Assembly (NCBI GenBank): GCA_012295275.1 | Contig: CM022666.1 | Coordinates: 4,898,001 to 4,962,000 of the forward strand | DNA length: 64,000 nt | Direction: 5' to 3' | Origin: Chrysomallon squamiferum | Taxonomy: Eukaryota > Animalia > Mollusca | Shown: in pieces, positions 42,396 to 57,458 of the stretch | How the letters are laid out: each line of letters starts with the position of its first letter | How positions within the stretch are numbered: the first letter of the stretch is position 1 | Made by a program: the position numbers and the translations under genes | Notes under the pieces: model-generated | Told to the model about the DNA's origin: nothing | The model's input: only the letters and a program-made list of their open reading frames with translations | Database searches by the model: none

Positions 42396-43117
42396 TCATG
42401 AATCTTTCATTGTCTGATCCTCGCTGGTTTAAAAAATTATTCTTAGCCTGACAAAACCAGATCTGTTAAAAGATGAAAAGAGAGAAAGTAAAGAAATGAA
42501 TTAATTTCATGGGGTAAGTTTAGTTAACATATATATATATGAAAGAAATTAAAAATATTTATATATCATTTATTAATTAATAATTAATAAGGATAAGGAA
42601 TTAAATAATAACAACAGTAAATTAAATAAATAAAACGATACACAACAAATGTTGATTAATTAATTTAAAAATCAATAGTTTAACTAATAATAATAACAAT
42701 AAAGTAACTATTTAATGATCAGAAACCAAATAAATAATTAAATAAATAAATAAAATAATTAAATCAACAACAATAATAATAGTAAAATAAATAATAATAA
42801 TAATAATAATAATCAACATCAATTTACTTAAAACTGAGCAGAATAATATTTATATATTTATCATTGCAGATATCTGTTATATTGTGAAAAGAGATATTAT
42901 TTACAACTGAAATTAAAAGAAAAGAATATTCGAGACACCATCTTAGACAGAAATAATTTACCTTCTTATGTAGATCCATAAAACCGAACCAAACAGTTCC
43001 TTGAGCACCACAATGGACAAAAATACAACAACAATTTGAGCTGTATCCATGACGATGCGCCTGGCTGCAGTGAGTAAAGCGTCAAGTTGGTTTTGTACAA
43101 TGTCTGGTCTCTCCGTC
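42396..43117 (-). pseudogene. Penultimate and terminal exons of a membrane protein gene (likely the same family as 28221-29786)
   Basis: Exon 43117-42962 (156 nt, phase 2-2, open: TERPDIVQNQLDALLTAARRIVMDTAQIVVVFLSIVVLKELFGSVLWIYIR) splices in phase to exon 42462-42396 (RSGFVRLRIIF[E>stop]TSEDQTMKDS*). Paralogous terminal-exon copies at ~16779 and ~36681 are open. Confidence 0.6.
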
Positions 43118-43694
43118 CTGTGAAAGTAAATTGTAAAAACAGATAATTAAAATGTAAACAAATATAAGAAAACATATTACTTGTATTAATCTCTTTAAGA
43201 ATGTGAAGCACACTCAGATATGTACAATTACAGTCTGAGTTCTCACGTAAACGCAATTAGGACTGGTGCTACCATACAGGCAAACTAGGCCGACGCCTAA
43301 GGCGCTTATTTCAGGAAGCGCAATAGAAAAGTTTTGAAAAATAACTAAATAAATTTCAGTTTTAATGAGGGTCGTTTTTTTTTTATCCTGGTTTATTTCC
43401 CACAGGACAAATAATCGGGTAGATTCAGTGTGAAACAAACAAAATAACAGAGTTTAAAATATTTTTCAGCACAATTAATTTTAACTTTTCATAATTCAAA
43501 TATTATTAAACGTATATGGATTTGTTGCATTTTTTTTCCTTTAATTTAATTCATAATGAACTTAACTTTTTAATATTTTTATATAGAATTTACCTCTTTG
43601 TTAATTTTATATCGACATAAAACTTATTTCATTTAGTGTATTTATGTTGTTGTTTTTTTTTTTTTTTTTTTTTTAGAAGTTTTTTAGAATTTAC

Positions 43695-44540
43695 CTTTTC
43701 CATAATTTCACTGATCACTTATTCTCATGCACTGTAACAGCAATACACAATTCCTGCTCAAACAACAAGTTGGTTTCTCTATTCAGAAATTCGTTTAATG
43801 TTACAGATACAATGAAACTGATGAGTGTCAAGTTTAGCATCATAGGAGAAATGGCAATGACTGGACGAATTGGTATCATTTTGTGTAACAACTTTTAATT
43901 CCTTTAGAAGATGTCTGTAAAATGTGACCAAAAGAAAAATTTATTTTAATAAATAATACTCAGATAAATACACACACGCACACGCACATATATACAATAT
44001 ACACACTTATATATAACATTCTGTCAGCAAAAAAAAAAAATATATACACATGTACATACACATAAATATAAAACTTTTAAAATATAGTTAAATAAATAAA
44101 ATAATAAATATTAGCAAGAAAAATTCACACACAATATACACATGTACACACATTTCTACATAACATTCTTCAAAGAAAAAAAATTAAAATAAATAATATC
44201 AAGATATATTTACATCGATAATTTTCCTATGTGATGTTCCAAAAAAAAAAAGAAAACGGAAAAGAAAAACAAAAAATGCAGATAAAAATAGCAAAAGTTT
44301 CTATTACGAAAATCTTGACTGCAGGTTACAAAATGCCAGGTTTGATTTATCAAATTTCACGGATGCTTAGTAAACCACTGTATACAAATACTCACCACTG
44401 AAATCCAATACGACAGCCCAAGGCGATGATGGCTTTTTACAATCGCTACCGCCAAATCATCTTATTTTTTCTAAGAAGGTGGAAAAGAGTTCGCGCTCGA
44501 TCGATTTGGATGATTTTAAATCACTAAAATGTGGTTTTAT
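43695..44540 (-). pseudogene. TNF ligand pseudogene (exon 1 with internal deletion, no downstream exons)
   Basis: ATG at 43879 (MIPIRPVIAISPMMLNL...). The exon is 185 nt rather than 261 nt; the deletion removes most of the Cys-rich module and gives a premature TGA. The donor at 43694 is intact, but no exon 2-4 follows. 5'UTR/promoter homology extends to ~44540. Confidence 0.82.
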
Positions 44541-44627
44541 TTGGAAATTTTTAAAAAAAAAACAAAGCTGCGGGTGCAGAACGGAAAGTACGATACCCTC
44601 GGACGTCAAACTACACAAGCAAGAAGG

Positions 44628-45403
44628 AAATTATAATTTTATATAAATATATATATATCCTGCGAAATAAGTGAAATTATAATTTTATATAAAAATATAT
44701 AACCTATGACATAAGTACAATTGTATATAAATATATATAGCCTTTGAAACAAGTGAAATTATAATTTTGTATATCCTGCGAAATAAATGAAATTATAATT
44801 TTATATAAATATATATAATTAAGTGAAATTTTTATATAAAAGATATAACCTATCCAAAGTAACGAAAAATAATATAGCCTTTGAAATAAGTGAAATTATA
44901 ATTTTATATAAATATATATATCCTGCGAAATAAGTGAAATTATAATTTTATATAAAAATATATAACCTATGAAATAAGTACAATTGTATATAAATATATA
45001 TAGCCTTTGAAACAAGTGAAATTATAATTTTGTATATCCTGCGAAATAAGTGAAATTATAATTTTATATAAATATATATATCCTGCGAAATAAGTACAAT
45101 TGTAATTTTATATTAAAATATATAACCTATGAAACAAGTGAAATTATAATTTTATATATCCTGCGAAATAAGTGAAATTAAAATTTTATATAAATATATA
45201 TATATCCTGCGAAATAAGTACAATTGTAATTTTATATAAAAATATATAACCTATGAAATAAGTACAATTGTAATTGTATATAAATATATATAGCCTTTGA
45301 AACAAGTGAAATTGAAATTTTATGTACATATATATAAACTATGAAACAAGCGAAATTATAATTTTATATAAATATATATATATAACCTATGAAATAAGTG
45401 AAA
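44628..45403. repeat. AT-rich ~44-bp minisatellite array (aaattataattttatataaatatatataacctatgaaataagtg)
   Basis: Many imperfect tandem units; shorter arrays at ~3560-3750, ~52480-52545, ~54550-54700 and inverted at ~62540-62610. Confidence 0.9.
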
Positions 45404-45405
45404 TA

Positions 45406-46084
45406 CAGTGGTACCGTGACTTACGAGTTCAATGAAATTAATTGAAATACCATTAATCCGTTCCAGGCCCCAAAACCCACCCCAGTTTTTCGTAGCGTGT
45501 TTTTGAAAAGGAAAAAAATAATATATAAATAACAAATATTGTATAGAAATGAAATAAAAGAGAATGTAAAGAAATAAATTGGTTTTGTAAAGTGTACATG
45601 GTTAGGGTTTCTCCACCTTTTCATGGACAGAGGTCCGCAGCTTAGAAATTATTTTAACACCTTTGCCTGGAGATGTAGCCTTTATCAACTCCTACTGCTT
45701 CAGTATGGTACGTATAATAAAAGTACTACGCTCAAACTGCCTAGCCATGTTGACAACACGCATACCTCGCTCATGTTTTTCTATGAATTCAAGCTTTAAT
45801 TCAGTGGACATCTTCCGCTTCTTCTTCTCAGCACTGTTTTTTGCACTCACTTTCTTAGGATCCTTGGAAATTTGATAAAATACTGCACAAAACGCGAGTA
45901 TAGCACAATAGAGATGTTTCCACGGCGAGGTAACCACGTGAAGCAAACGAGTGAGACACGGGATGTTGTGTTGTTCGTTGCGCCAAATATCTCGTAACTC
46001 GGATTGTGGCTCGTGAGTCAAAGCAAAAATCTATTAACTCTGAAAACTCGTAAGTTGGAGCACTCGTAACTCGAGGTACCAGTG
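45406..46084 (-). mobile_element. Internally deleted Tigger/pogo DNA transposon
   Basis: TA target duplications (45404-45405, 46085-46086). Imperfect TIRs CAGTGGTACCGTGACTTACGAGT / CACTGGTACCTCGAGTTACGAGT. Minus-strand remnant KKKRKMSTELKLEFIEKHERGMRVVNMARQFERSTFIIRTILKQ is a CENP-B/psq-type HTH of TIGD1-like transposases. Confidence 0.88.
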
Positions 46085-49000
46085 TATTCACATACTGACC
46101 TGAATTAGGCTCCCTCTGACTTCATACTGGCGTCGTTAATTTTTATACCAGCGTTTTATGAATGCATGCATGTACGCTTTCACAAACACACGTACATGTG
46201 AACGTGAAATATACTGAAAATTTCAGAAAATACCTGTAAATACTGGTTTCACAGACTATATATATAAATATGTTTTACTGCAATTTCTTATTTATTTATT
46301 TTACTTTGAAACTCATTTTTATTTACTTATTGTTTTAAGTTTCCTTAGTGACGACAAACCCCAAATGGATTTTTGTTCTCACAAATCTTTCTTATTAGAT
46401 TATGAATGTGTTCAGATTTTGTTTAATAGATATTACCAATGAGCGGATTTTTTTTATGTTTGTCAGGCTTTGAATACTCACAGATAGTTTTAGCATGTTA
46501 TTCTTTAGTACGAAGACACCAAGAAAATTTTGTTGCTTCCTTCATTGGAGGTGTTGACTACCTGAAAGTCAGTGACACTGTATGTACACATACACATACA
46601 TTACATTTTATAAATATATAAACATTGTTAAATTAAATAAAAATAGTTATTATATTTTCGTATTGTTGAAGTTGAACAGATAATGTTGTTATGTCAACCG
46701 TATTACTAATAGACAGATCCGGAAAGTATAAATTAATCATTATTGTTATAAATAAAATAAATCTGTTCTTGTGGTTGTTGTTAGTGTTGCCTTTAATGTA
46801 TAGAGTTACTTCTGTTCACGTGTTCGGTAAATTTTACTAATTGATATAATACTACTATTACATGCTGATGCGCTAGAAGACATCCATGGAAAAACATATA
46901 AACAGAAGTGTTGTTAAGAAGTTTGTAGGAAAACTAATATTTTCGCCTCGAATTACAGTAAGTAATCAGTATATCAAGAACAAGAAAGGTGAACCATTAT
47001 GTGGTGTAACTTTAGCTTTCTTGAATCCTTGCTGTGACCTAGAATAGACACTGACATGCGCAGATCAGTCAATGACGCAATACAACGGATAACAAGAATG
47101 ATAACGTAAACGTGCATAGTGGAACACTACAAAGTCATTTTATACACACGTACGTACTATTATGTCACTTTAGTTAATCTTCACAGCTAATTGTATGACC
47201 TTATTCAGAGCTTTTTTGGATTTTATGATAGAAACTAGACTACGTCAAGTACATGTGATGTACGTGCACGAAGAGAAACAGAGAAAGAAAAACGTAACCT
47301 GACTGTTAATCGGGTATTTTATTACACAATGTCACTCCACCATTAAATGTGATTTCTGTAGAAATGACATGTTTAAAATCTTATCATTCGATAAAAATAT
47401 TCATTCAAAACAGAATTGCGCCCGCAAAATTCTTAAAACTTTTATTTTCAACATCCTTTGCGATTTCTAGAGGCAAAATTTTTCTGTCACGGACACTTAA
47501 ATACCCCAGATTTACTGAACACAGACCATCAGTAGTACATACATTACGTATTCACCGTACAAAGAAAAGCCATTATGAATGGATTATTCATTATCATTGA
47601 CCATTTAACATTAATCATATTTACACCATCCATCGGTGTACATGTATAGAATATCAACTGTAAAAAAACATCTTTTTACACAGAAAATCTACAATAGAAC
47701 ATCCATTGTGTACAGAACTTCCACCAAAAAAGAACATTCACTGTACACAGAACATTTACTGTACTAGAGTGTACATAGAACATCTGTACAATATCATCTT
47801 TTTACACAGGACATAGACTGTAGAACATCGACTGCAGAAGAATGCCTATTTTACATAGAACATTAACTGTACAAGAGCATCTACTATACAAAGAATATCC
47901 AGTGTACAAGTACATCCATTATAAAAGTTTCGACTACCGATTGTGACGAGCTATGTCTGGGTAGAAAGCTCAGATCTTGAAGAAATATTTATTCTCCAAA
48001 ATACTTAAAGGGACTCCCTCCATCTCATTGTTAATATACTGTTATTCAAAATACATGTATCGACAACAAGTATAAAGAAACTTATTACAATTATAAAAAA
48101 CATATTAAACCATATTCCAATAGCATAATGAATTATTGATGGAAGAATTAAAATAATGAATTCAAAATCTTAATTATACAAACAATTATTTAAAAATGCC
48201 AAAACAAACAAAAACGAATTAAATCGAATTAAATATTTATTAGAAAACTAAAAATATAAATATAAATTCATATTTGATTATTATTATTATATCTGTTTTG
48301 ATAATAAATTATGTAACTTAAGACAACACACACACACACACACACACACTAATAAATATACATATTTCTTTTTTAAATAAGATTATAACTTTTTGCTTTT
48401 TATTTGCAAATGGCGTTCGTGACCTAGCTATTGCTTTGTTAAATCTAGGATTTAATTTTAAAAAAAAAAACAAATGTCATTTGTGTTCATTTTCAACAAC
48501 AACAACAACAACAGTATAATGCATTACTACTTTCTGATTCCGTGTGTTAACAATAGGGATAATGTTTTCTCTCGGTAAAAGCTTCGACTACTGATTGTGA
48601 CGAGCTATTTCTGGGTGGAAAGCTTCCTCCACCTCATTGTTAATATACTGTTATTCAAAATACATGTATCGACAACAACTATAAAGAAATATGTATTACA
48701 ATTATATAAACATTTTAAATCATGGTTGACACCATATGCCTCTAAAGGAAATTGAAGCAAATTCTTTATTATTAATATAAGAATTATAAAAATAAATACA
48801 AAATGTTAAATATAGCAACATTGTTTATATAACACAAAACAAGCAAAAACGAATAAAATCATTTTTAGAAAAAAACAAATATAAATATAAACTTAATAAT
48901 AAATTATGTTGCTTCAAGGAATACAGTTTGTTATTAAAAGTTGATGCAAAACTCTAAAAAAGAAAAGACAATAAATAATTTTATAAATAAAATGAATTGA

Positions 49001-49152
49001 ACAAATAAAATACAATTTTTAATAAGAAAAATAAATAAATAATCTTAACACACACAAACACACACATTTTAAAAATCGAGTTCACACACCAAATACTAAA
49101 CACCCGTCATAAACGTCCTTCTGAACAGCACGTATATGGATGGAAAGCTCAC

Positions 49153-49197
<45 letters not shown>

Positions 49198-49276
49198 GTT
49201 CACGAGTACACTGAATCTGTCCAGAAAACAGATAGTTATATATAACAACTTCTAATTCAGGCCTCTCGAAATAGTT

Positions 49277-51210
49277 TTACAGCATATACAGACCAAAGTA
49301 GGTGGTCTCAGGATCTCTCAAAATTCTGTTCACAACTGATGTTCTCACCACTACAGTGTCATTGGCTTTCAGGTAGTAGACAGCTCCAATGTAGGAAGCA
49401 GCAAAACTTTCCTGTTGTCTTCGTATTTTGCATGTTGTTTGAGGATTTCTGTAGAGGACTTCATAATTTGGATATATTTCAATTGAGTGACACAGCCTAG
49501 CGTATTCTAGCTCTCTCAGTTGGTTGGCATGGAATAAAACGTTGCTGTATATGAAGTAGTAAGCAGATTCTTTGACTTGAATCCCGTCAGCGACAACAGC
49601 AGCAGCTCCTTTCACAAACGATCTTTTACCAGACGACGTCCATTTGACGAGAGGCTTCGATGTGTCTGAAAAGTTTGTAAGAATAAATGATCTTTGAATA
49701 ATATTTTTATTTTAAATTTTCAACAGTTATAATTAGTATTACTAATATATTTCTATAACTACTACAACCTACTGCTATTGACTACTTTAGTACCATCATT
49801 GATATTTTTACTACTAACGTGCTAATACTATTGTTATCACAATTTCTTCTATTATTTCCTAACCACTACTAATAACTATGTGATTACTACTACAACTACT
49901 TTTACCAGACCAACTACTACTATTACTTCTATTTTACTACTACAACATTTATTACCAAATCACCTCTTTTAACAGAGTACAATTATTCTGCTACTAATAC
50001 TACTACTCTACTACTACTACAACTCGCTACTACTACTATTGCTACTAATCTACTGCGACTACTATTACTACTACTGCTGCTACCACTGCTACTACTATTT
50101 CTTTTCTTACTTTTGTCATATGTTGCATTCACTTCCATTTGTAGATGAGCGGATGTCTTCACATTGTTTTCATTATTCAGACGATCAGCGACCTCTCTGA
50201 TCTGTTTAAGTTTCTGTTCTGAAATATATATATATATATATATATACATAAACATGTAGACTACTGATACATGTATAAATATATAGATTCATACATACAT
50301 AGATTCGTACACATTGTTTTTATTATCTGAATTCAAAAGATCAGCGACATCTCTGATCTGCTTTAGTTTTGATTCTGAAACACACACACAAATATACACT
50401 TGTACATGTTTACATACATAGACTGTACAAAAATATGCACGTACATACAAATACATAATTATAAAAAAATTTGTGGATATTTAAATATGTGTGCCTGAGT
50501 GTTTCTGTTTGTGTGTGGGTCTTTTTCTGTATGTTTGTCTGTCTGTGTTTGTGTATGTATGTGTTCATGACTTTTCTTGTGTGTGACTGTGTTTCTGCGA
50601 CTTTGTGTTTTTACGTATGTCTGTGTGTGGATATATGTGTGTCTATATTAACTTACCACTTTTCTCAGCTTTTGTATGACTTTCAGTCAGTTTCTAAAAA
50701 GAATGTTAATAACCAATTTGAAACTAGTCCACAATAATCAGTTTTAAATTTATAAATATTTTTCAGCACTATTAATTTCTCCTTTTCATAATTCAAATAT
50801 TATTATTTCATTTATAGTGAATTTAACTTTTTATTATTTTTATAGAGAATTTACCTTTTTCATAATTTCATATCTCCAGAAAACAATTTTTTTTTTTCAT
50901 TTAATGTATTTATGGAATATAAGTTTTTAGAATTAAATATGGAATTTACCTTTTTCATAATTTCACTGATCACTTTTTCTCCATCTCTGTAACAGCAATA
51001 CGTGGTATTGTTCCTGGTTCTGTTCGTAGATCTGTCATCACAACAGTTTTCTCCTGGTTTGCACGAGATTTTCACACACAGTTCCTTGTCAAACAACAAG
51101 TTGGTTTCTCTGTTCAGAAATTCGTTTAATGTTTCAGATACAATAAAACTGATGAGTATGAAGCTTAGTACCATAAGAGGAATGGCAATGACTGGACGAA
51201 TTGGTACCAT
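49277..51210 (-). CDS. TNF superfamily ligand, copy 3 (4 coding exons, 264 aa)
   Basis: Exons 51210-50950, 50693-50657, 50218-50111, 49665-49277; canonical splice sites, same phases and lengths as copy 1, open to TAA. Confidence 0.92.
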
Positions 51211-51334
51211 TTTGTGTAACAACTTTTATTTCCTTCAGAAGTAGTCTGTAAAACATGACGAAAAGAAGAAAAGAATGTTATTAGTAATAAATAATACCAA
51301 GATAAATACACACACACGCACCCGTACACAGTCT

Positions 51335-52135
51335 CAATATGCACACACCTATACTGATTCTGCCACACTCGGAGTTACTCCCCCCACTCTCGTTATCTAC
51401 AGAATCGCCAAACAAAGCCTCTGTTAAAATTTCTCTGGTTTGCTCTGTCTTGTTTGACTGGGCAGTTGAAATGTTTGTTATGAATATTTACAATTCTAGT
51501 AGCTCAGCCCTCTTGGCTCCATAATAATTTCTCAGTTTTGACTTATTTATTTTAATATCGTTATTATTTTGTTGTGTTGTGTTTTCTCAAGTGGATATAA
51601 ATATAAATTAGCTGTCATTAAACTGAGAAAATACTCAATACATCTAAAGAAATAATTCCATAAGAATTTTAGAAAACGAGCTCTCAAATTAATTATTTGA
51701 AAAATCCCGGACGAGAGCCCCAACTTTTATGTTCCTGTCACGTGGCTCACATCTTTAAACACCTTGTATGTTTTATTATGACTCAGTCTAGGGTAACAAT
51801 GTGTTTTACTGGCCACCTAACAAAGAATATAAATACTAAATTGACAGCAATCTATATAAATCAATAAGTCTATCTACTTACTAGAGAAATAAACACAACA
51901 GTAGTTAAGGTTCACGTTAATTATTTAATTATGATATACAGGTGACTTGATAATAATACATTAAACAATCATAAAACATACGTTTAAGTAATTTTGATTA
52001 ATGATACGAGAAAGGTCATACGGGGAAAGAAGACAAAATATTGGTTTCCCCGCCTGACTGATATTTCGTCTTGACCGTTTCCTTCGCTTACGTCTCTCTT
52101 TATTACCTTTGAACCTGGAACGTTGAATAAAATTA
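51335..52135 (-). mobile_element. Paralogous LTR/PBS-Pro/gag remnant upstream of TNF copy 3
   Basis: Same sequence as 2365-3200; PBS-like motif at 51704-51722, LTR end at 51736. Confidence 0.65.
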
Positions 52136-53207
52136 ACGTGGTAATCAGAGCAAGCACGTCTACGACAGGCAGGCTTTCTGACACGTCAACAGTAGTTTTA
52201 AAAACGCCATGGAGTTAAAAACTTAGCGGAAACAATAAAAGGAGCGGATGTGATTGTAGTAATAATTAAAGTTACGCAATTTCAATTCCATAGCTTAAAT
52301 ATAAAAGAGCGGATGTCATTTGAAGTGACAATTAAAGTTACGCATTCTGAATTCATCGCTTAAAAATAAAAGGAGCGGAGCTCTGATTGAAATAACAAAT
52401 TTGAATTCCGTGACTTTCTTAACCGCGATATTCAGTTTTTTCAAATTGGTGTAATATCACATAATATTATACAAATGAAATAGTGAAATTGTAAGTGAAA
52501 TTATAATTTTATATAAATATATATATAACCTATGAAATAAGTAAAACATTTTACATACCTAAATGATGAAAAAAATTAACTTGCTAATCAGAAGAACCTG
52601 TTGTGAGGCACGCTTTCTGGCAGGCGTCGTTGATTTTTATACTTGAAAAGATCGTATTGTATTCTCTACCTGCTCACGCATTCATTTTTGACTGGCTAAG
52701 AGGAAGTGTCGTCTTCTTTATTTGAATTTATTGGTTAATGGTTTTTTTCTTCTTATGTATTTAATTATTTGCTATATATTTTGTAGATAACGTAATAAAA
52801 TGAGCAAAGCTATTAAATGTATAGTTTTTGCATATTGTTCGTAAATAAATTACATATTATAGCTGATATTGCTTTTGTCGTTATTCTTAAATAAAGAGTA
52901 CAGCGTAACTTCTATTCCTGTGTCAATCTAAACCATAAACAACAAAAGGAAAACATGTAGTCTGTGTATCACACAGTGGAAAGTTCCAGCCCGGATTTGT
53001 CATCTTACACGTAATCGGAATAAATAAGTGTAGTCATCCATGTGTGTTTCTGTGTTTTTCTTTGTCTGTCTGTGTTTGTGTCTATGTATAGAATAAATGT
53101 GTATGTTTATATTTGTGTTTGTGTATGTGTCTCTGTTAACGTAACACTTTAATCGGCTTTTGTATGACTTTCACTCTGTTTCTAAAAAGAATTTTGATAA
53201 CGACTTA

Positions 53208-53815
53208 TAATAATTTCTCAGTTTTGACTTATTTATTTTAATATCGTTATTATTTTGTTGTGTTGTGTTTTCTCAAGTGGATATAAATATAAATTAGCTG
53301 TCATTAAACTGAGAAAATACTCAGTACATCTAAAGAAACAATTCCATAAGAATTTTAGAAAACGAACCCCAAATTTAATTATTTGAAAAATCCCGGACGA
53401 GAGCCCCAACTTTTATGTTGCTGTAACGGGGCTCACATCTTTAAACACCTTGTATGTTTTATTATGACTCAGTCTAGGGTAACAATGTGTTTTACTGGCC
53501 ACCTGACAAAGAATATAAACGCTAAATTGAGAGCAATCTATATAAATGAATAAGTCTATCTATCCACTAGAGAAATAAACAGAACACCAGTTAAGGTTCA
53601 CGTTTATTATTTAATTATGATATACAGGTGACTTGGTAATAGTACATTATACAATCATAAAACAGAAGTTTAAGTAATTCTGATTAATGATACGAGAAAG
53701 GTCATACAGGGAAAGAAGACAAAATATTGGTTTCCCCGCCTGACTGATATTTCGTCTTGACTGCTTACGTTTCTCTTTAATTACCTTTGAACCTGGAACC
53801 TTGAATAAAATTAAC
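53208..53815 (-). mobile_element. Third copy of the LTR/PBS remnant
   Basis: PBS-like motif at 53390-53408; the LTR end reads ...CCCCGTTACA (53422), a typical LTR terminus. Confidence 0.62.
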
Positions 53816-53974
53816 GTGGTAATCAGAACAAGCAAGCACGTCTACGACAGGCACGCTTTCTGACACGTCAGCAGTACTTTAATTACCGAACGAACGTACG
53901 AAAAAAAATCAACGTGCTAATCAGAGCTAGCTATTGTGAAGCACGTCTGCGACGGGCACGCTTTCTGACAAGTC

Positions 53975-54243
53975 AGCGGGCGCGTCCGTCGCAGAAAAGA
54001 GTTTTGGGTAGGGAAAAGAATGGGTTCTCGCCACGATTGCAGGACACAAGGGAGTGTCCAGCATATCGGATCGTAACGAGTCGGTACCGATCTTTCGCAG
54101 CCGCAATTCGCCCCCCGTGATGTCCGGCACAATCTCTCAGCCATCACCGGGTCCGTGTTGTTTGCCGTCCTGGTTGTTCTGCTCTTGGCTGCTGTCGTTG
54201 TTTCTTTTTGGCTGCTTCCTTCTGGTCCACGTGGTCCAAACCT
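53975..54243 (-). mobile_element. GC-rich degenerate Gypsy pol/integrase C-terminal fragment
   Basis: Frameshifted translation LDHVDQKEAAKKKQRQ.../PGDG*EIVPDITGG...GTDSLRSDMLDTP resembles the PGDxVxxxD...RSYxxxTP tail of Gypsy integrases. It is absent from the paralogous position near 3350. Confidence 0.45.
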
Positions 54244-57200
54244 GTTTTTTTTTTTTTTTTTTTTTCCAATGGTCTTTTTATTGTTTTAAACGATCTGCAT
54301 TACAAAAATGCAGCTCTTTTTATAACAACGCCATGGAGTTGAAAAATTAGCGGAAACAATAAAAGGAGCGGATGTGATTGTAGTAATAATTAAAGTTACG
54401 CAATCTGAATTCATCGCTTAAAAAAAAAAAAAAAAAAAAAAAGAGGAGCTCTGATTGAAATAACAAATTTGAATTCCATGACTTTCTTAACCGCGATATT
54501 CATTTTTTTCAAGTTGGTGTAATATCACATAATATTATACAAATGAAATAGTGAAATTGTTAGTGAAATTATAATTTTATATAAATATATATAATCTATG
54601 AAATAAGTGAAATTATAATTTTGTATAAATATATATAATCTATGAAATAAGTGAAATGTTTGTTTTATATAAATATATATAACCTATGATATAAGTGAAA
54701 CATTTTACATACCTAAATGATGAAATCAAGCACTTCAACGCCAAGTACGCTCTCTCTGCCGTGAAGTGGAAAACAAAATAACGTGCTAATCAGAGTAAGC
54801 TGTTGTGAAGCACGTCTAAGACGGGCACGCTATCTGACAGGTCTCTGACTGAATGAACGAATGAAAAAAAATTAACTTGCTAATCAGAGTAAGCTGTTGT
54901 GAAGCACGTCTAAGACGAGCACGCTTTCTGTCAAGTCTCGTATTCATTTTTGATTTTGATTGGCTAAGAGGAAGTGTCGTCTGCTTTCTTTGAATTTATT
55001 GGTTAATTTGTTTTCCCTTCTGTCGTATTTAATTATTTGCTGTATATTTCGTAGTCAACGTAATAAAATGAACAAACCTATTAAATGTATAGTTTATGCG
55101 TAGTGTTCGTAAATAAATTACATATAACAGTTGTTATTGCTATAATAGTAATAGTTGTTGTTGTTGTGTATGTTATTATTATTACGACTGCTTTTGTCGT
55201 TACTGTTAAATAAAGAGTACAGCGTAACTTCTATTCCTGTGTCAGCTAAGCCACAAACAACAAAAGGAGAACATGTAGTCTGTGTATCACACAGTGGAAA
55301 GTTCCAGCCCGGATTTGTCATCTTACACGTAATCGGAATAAATAACTGTAGTGATCCATTTATTATTACAGAGCCAGGAATATAAAATGTCTAAAAAATA
55401 TCTCCCAGTGACAGAAGAATCTTCTGTTTGTAAATGTCACTTGTATCATGACTGTTGATTCGGTCTGCCGAATAAAAAAATAAGAAAATAAATAAATAAA
55501 TGAGCGAAATAAAGTAAAATTAAATAAAAACAAAAATAAAAATAAAAATAAAATAAAAATAAAATAAAAACACAAAATGATAAAAGTAAAGTAAAATAAA
55601 TAAATACAGAAAGATATATTAATATAAATTAATTAATTAAAACAATAAAATTAATGAAATCAAATTATAGTAAGATAAAATAAAATAAATAAAGATAGAG
55701 TAAAATAAAAATAAAGAAACAAACAAACCATAAATAAATAAATAAATAATTAAAAAGAAGAAAAGAAAAGGGAAACGATATATTCTGTGTGTCACATGGT
55801 GGACATTTATACATAATCGGGATAAATATCTGTAGTTTTCCATTTATTACTACAGGGCCAGGAATATGAAATGTCTCAGAAATATCTGCCTGTGACAGAA
55901 GAATCTTCCACTTGTAAACGTTACTTGTATCATGACTGTTGATTCAGTGGCTGGAAAAAAAGTCACAATTTTTATATAACAAAATGTATAAATTTATAGA
56001 GTATTGAATGTGGCTTCATAGTCTACATGGAGTAATTGTTAAGCTTACTGATTAGGTCAGTTAGGTTAGATTAAAGAAAGAGTCTTCATAGTGTGCAGGG
56101 GTGATGCTTGGGTCCAGGTTACTGATTAGGATACATTTAAACTAAGAGCTTCCTATTGTAAATAATTTATAAAATGTTCCATGTTAAAATGTGTTTTACT
56201 ATATATTGTCCAGCTTACTCTAGTATGAGAAGTATGTTTAATATGAAAGTTATTCATAGCAATAAGGGTGATATCAAAATCTGTTATGAAGGGTTCGTGT
56301 ATGCTGCGTCAGAATTTGTTCGTGATATCGGGTGGAATATCAACATTAAAAACCATCAACACTAAAATAAAAATAAACATTAACAAAATACTCTGACAAA
56401 ATGTGTTTAATCTATCTTTCATTACTAATATATTTCATAATAAAAAATTGTGATTTTTTTTTCCTGTGAATTTGTTTCGGGAATAATTACCACCTCGGAG
56501 TGCTAGGTGTTACTGACTCTTGTTGTTTATCAGAAAGATCTGGCCACACACGTCAAGCTGCAAAGTCGGGAACACGTTGAGAAATAACGTCAGTCCTTTT
56601 TCGAGATCCGAGATATTTTTATGTTTTGTTTTGTGAGGGAAGAACTGTGGAACAATTCCAGGGTAACGGTCGCTGTCCACTGAACACACTGTGTAACTAA
56701 ATATGTATATGTTTGCTCTTCTGTATTAATCCTTACGTGATTGTTGCGACCGATTACAATTATTCTATCCATCTATATGATTATTTACTGCTATATTGAA
56801 TACAGTTTTAAAGGTGTTTTGTGTCTGTTGTGTTCTGGTGTACAATAAAGGGTGTATACATAGATATGCTTTCTTATTAGATTATACAACTGTTCATACT
56901 TTTGTTTAATAGATATTACCAGTGAAGCGATTTTTTTGTATGTTTGTCAGGCTTTGAATACTTACAGATGATTGTATCATATTATTCTTTACTACGAAGA
57001 TACAAAGAAAATTTTGTTGCTTCCTGCATTTGAGCTGTTCACTACCTGAAAATCTGTGACACTGTATATAAAAAAACATACATTACGTATATTTTACAAA
57101 TATATAAAATTGTTAAATTAAATAAAAATGTTTATTATTATCTCAGCTCTGTTCTGTTGAAGTTGAGCAGCTTAGATTCGCCACCTTACGCTTAAAACCA

Positions 57201-57373
57201 TTATAATAACCGCTATTATAACTGATATTAATTAATTAATTAATATTATTATTATTATTTATTTATTTATTTATTTATTCGTTTATTTATTATTGTTGTT
57301 GTTGTTGTTGATAGTTAGTTATTTTGGTCCATATAAATAGAGATTATACATTTTTTTCAATCAAATTTGTTAA

Positions 57374-57458
<85 letters not shown>

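Noticed and set aside
44628-45403. Regularly spaced repeats as a possible CRISPR-like array
   Set aside because: Head-to-tail degenerate units with no unique spacers, no cas genes, eukaryotic context.
53914-54350. Cluster of overlapping ORFs in a GC-rich island as a novel gene or horizontal transfer
   Set aside because: Better explained by a frameshifted Gypsy pol fragment; GC richness alone lowers stop frequency.
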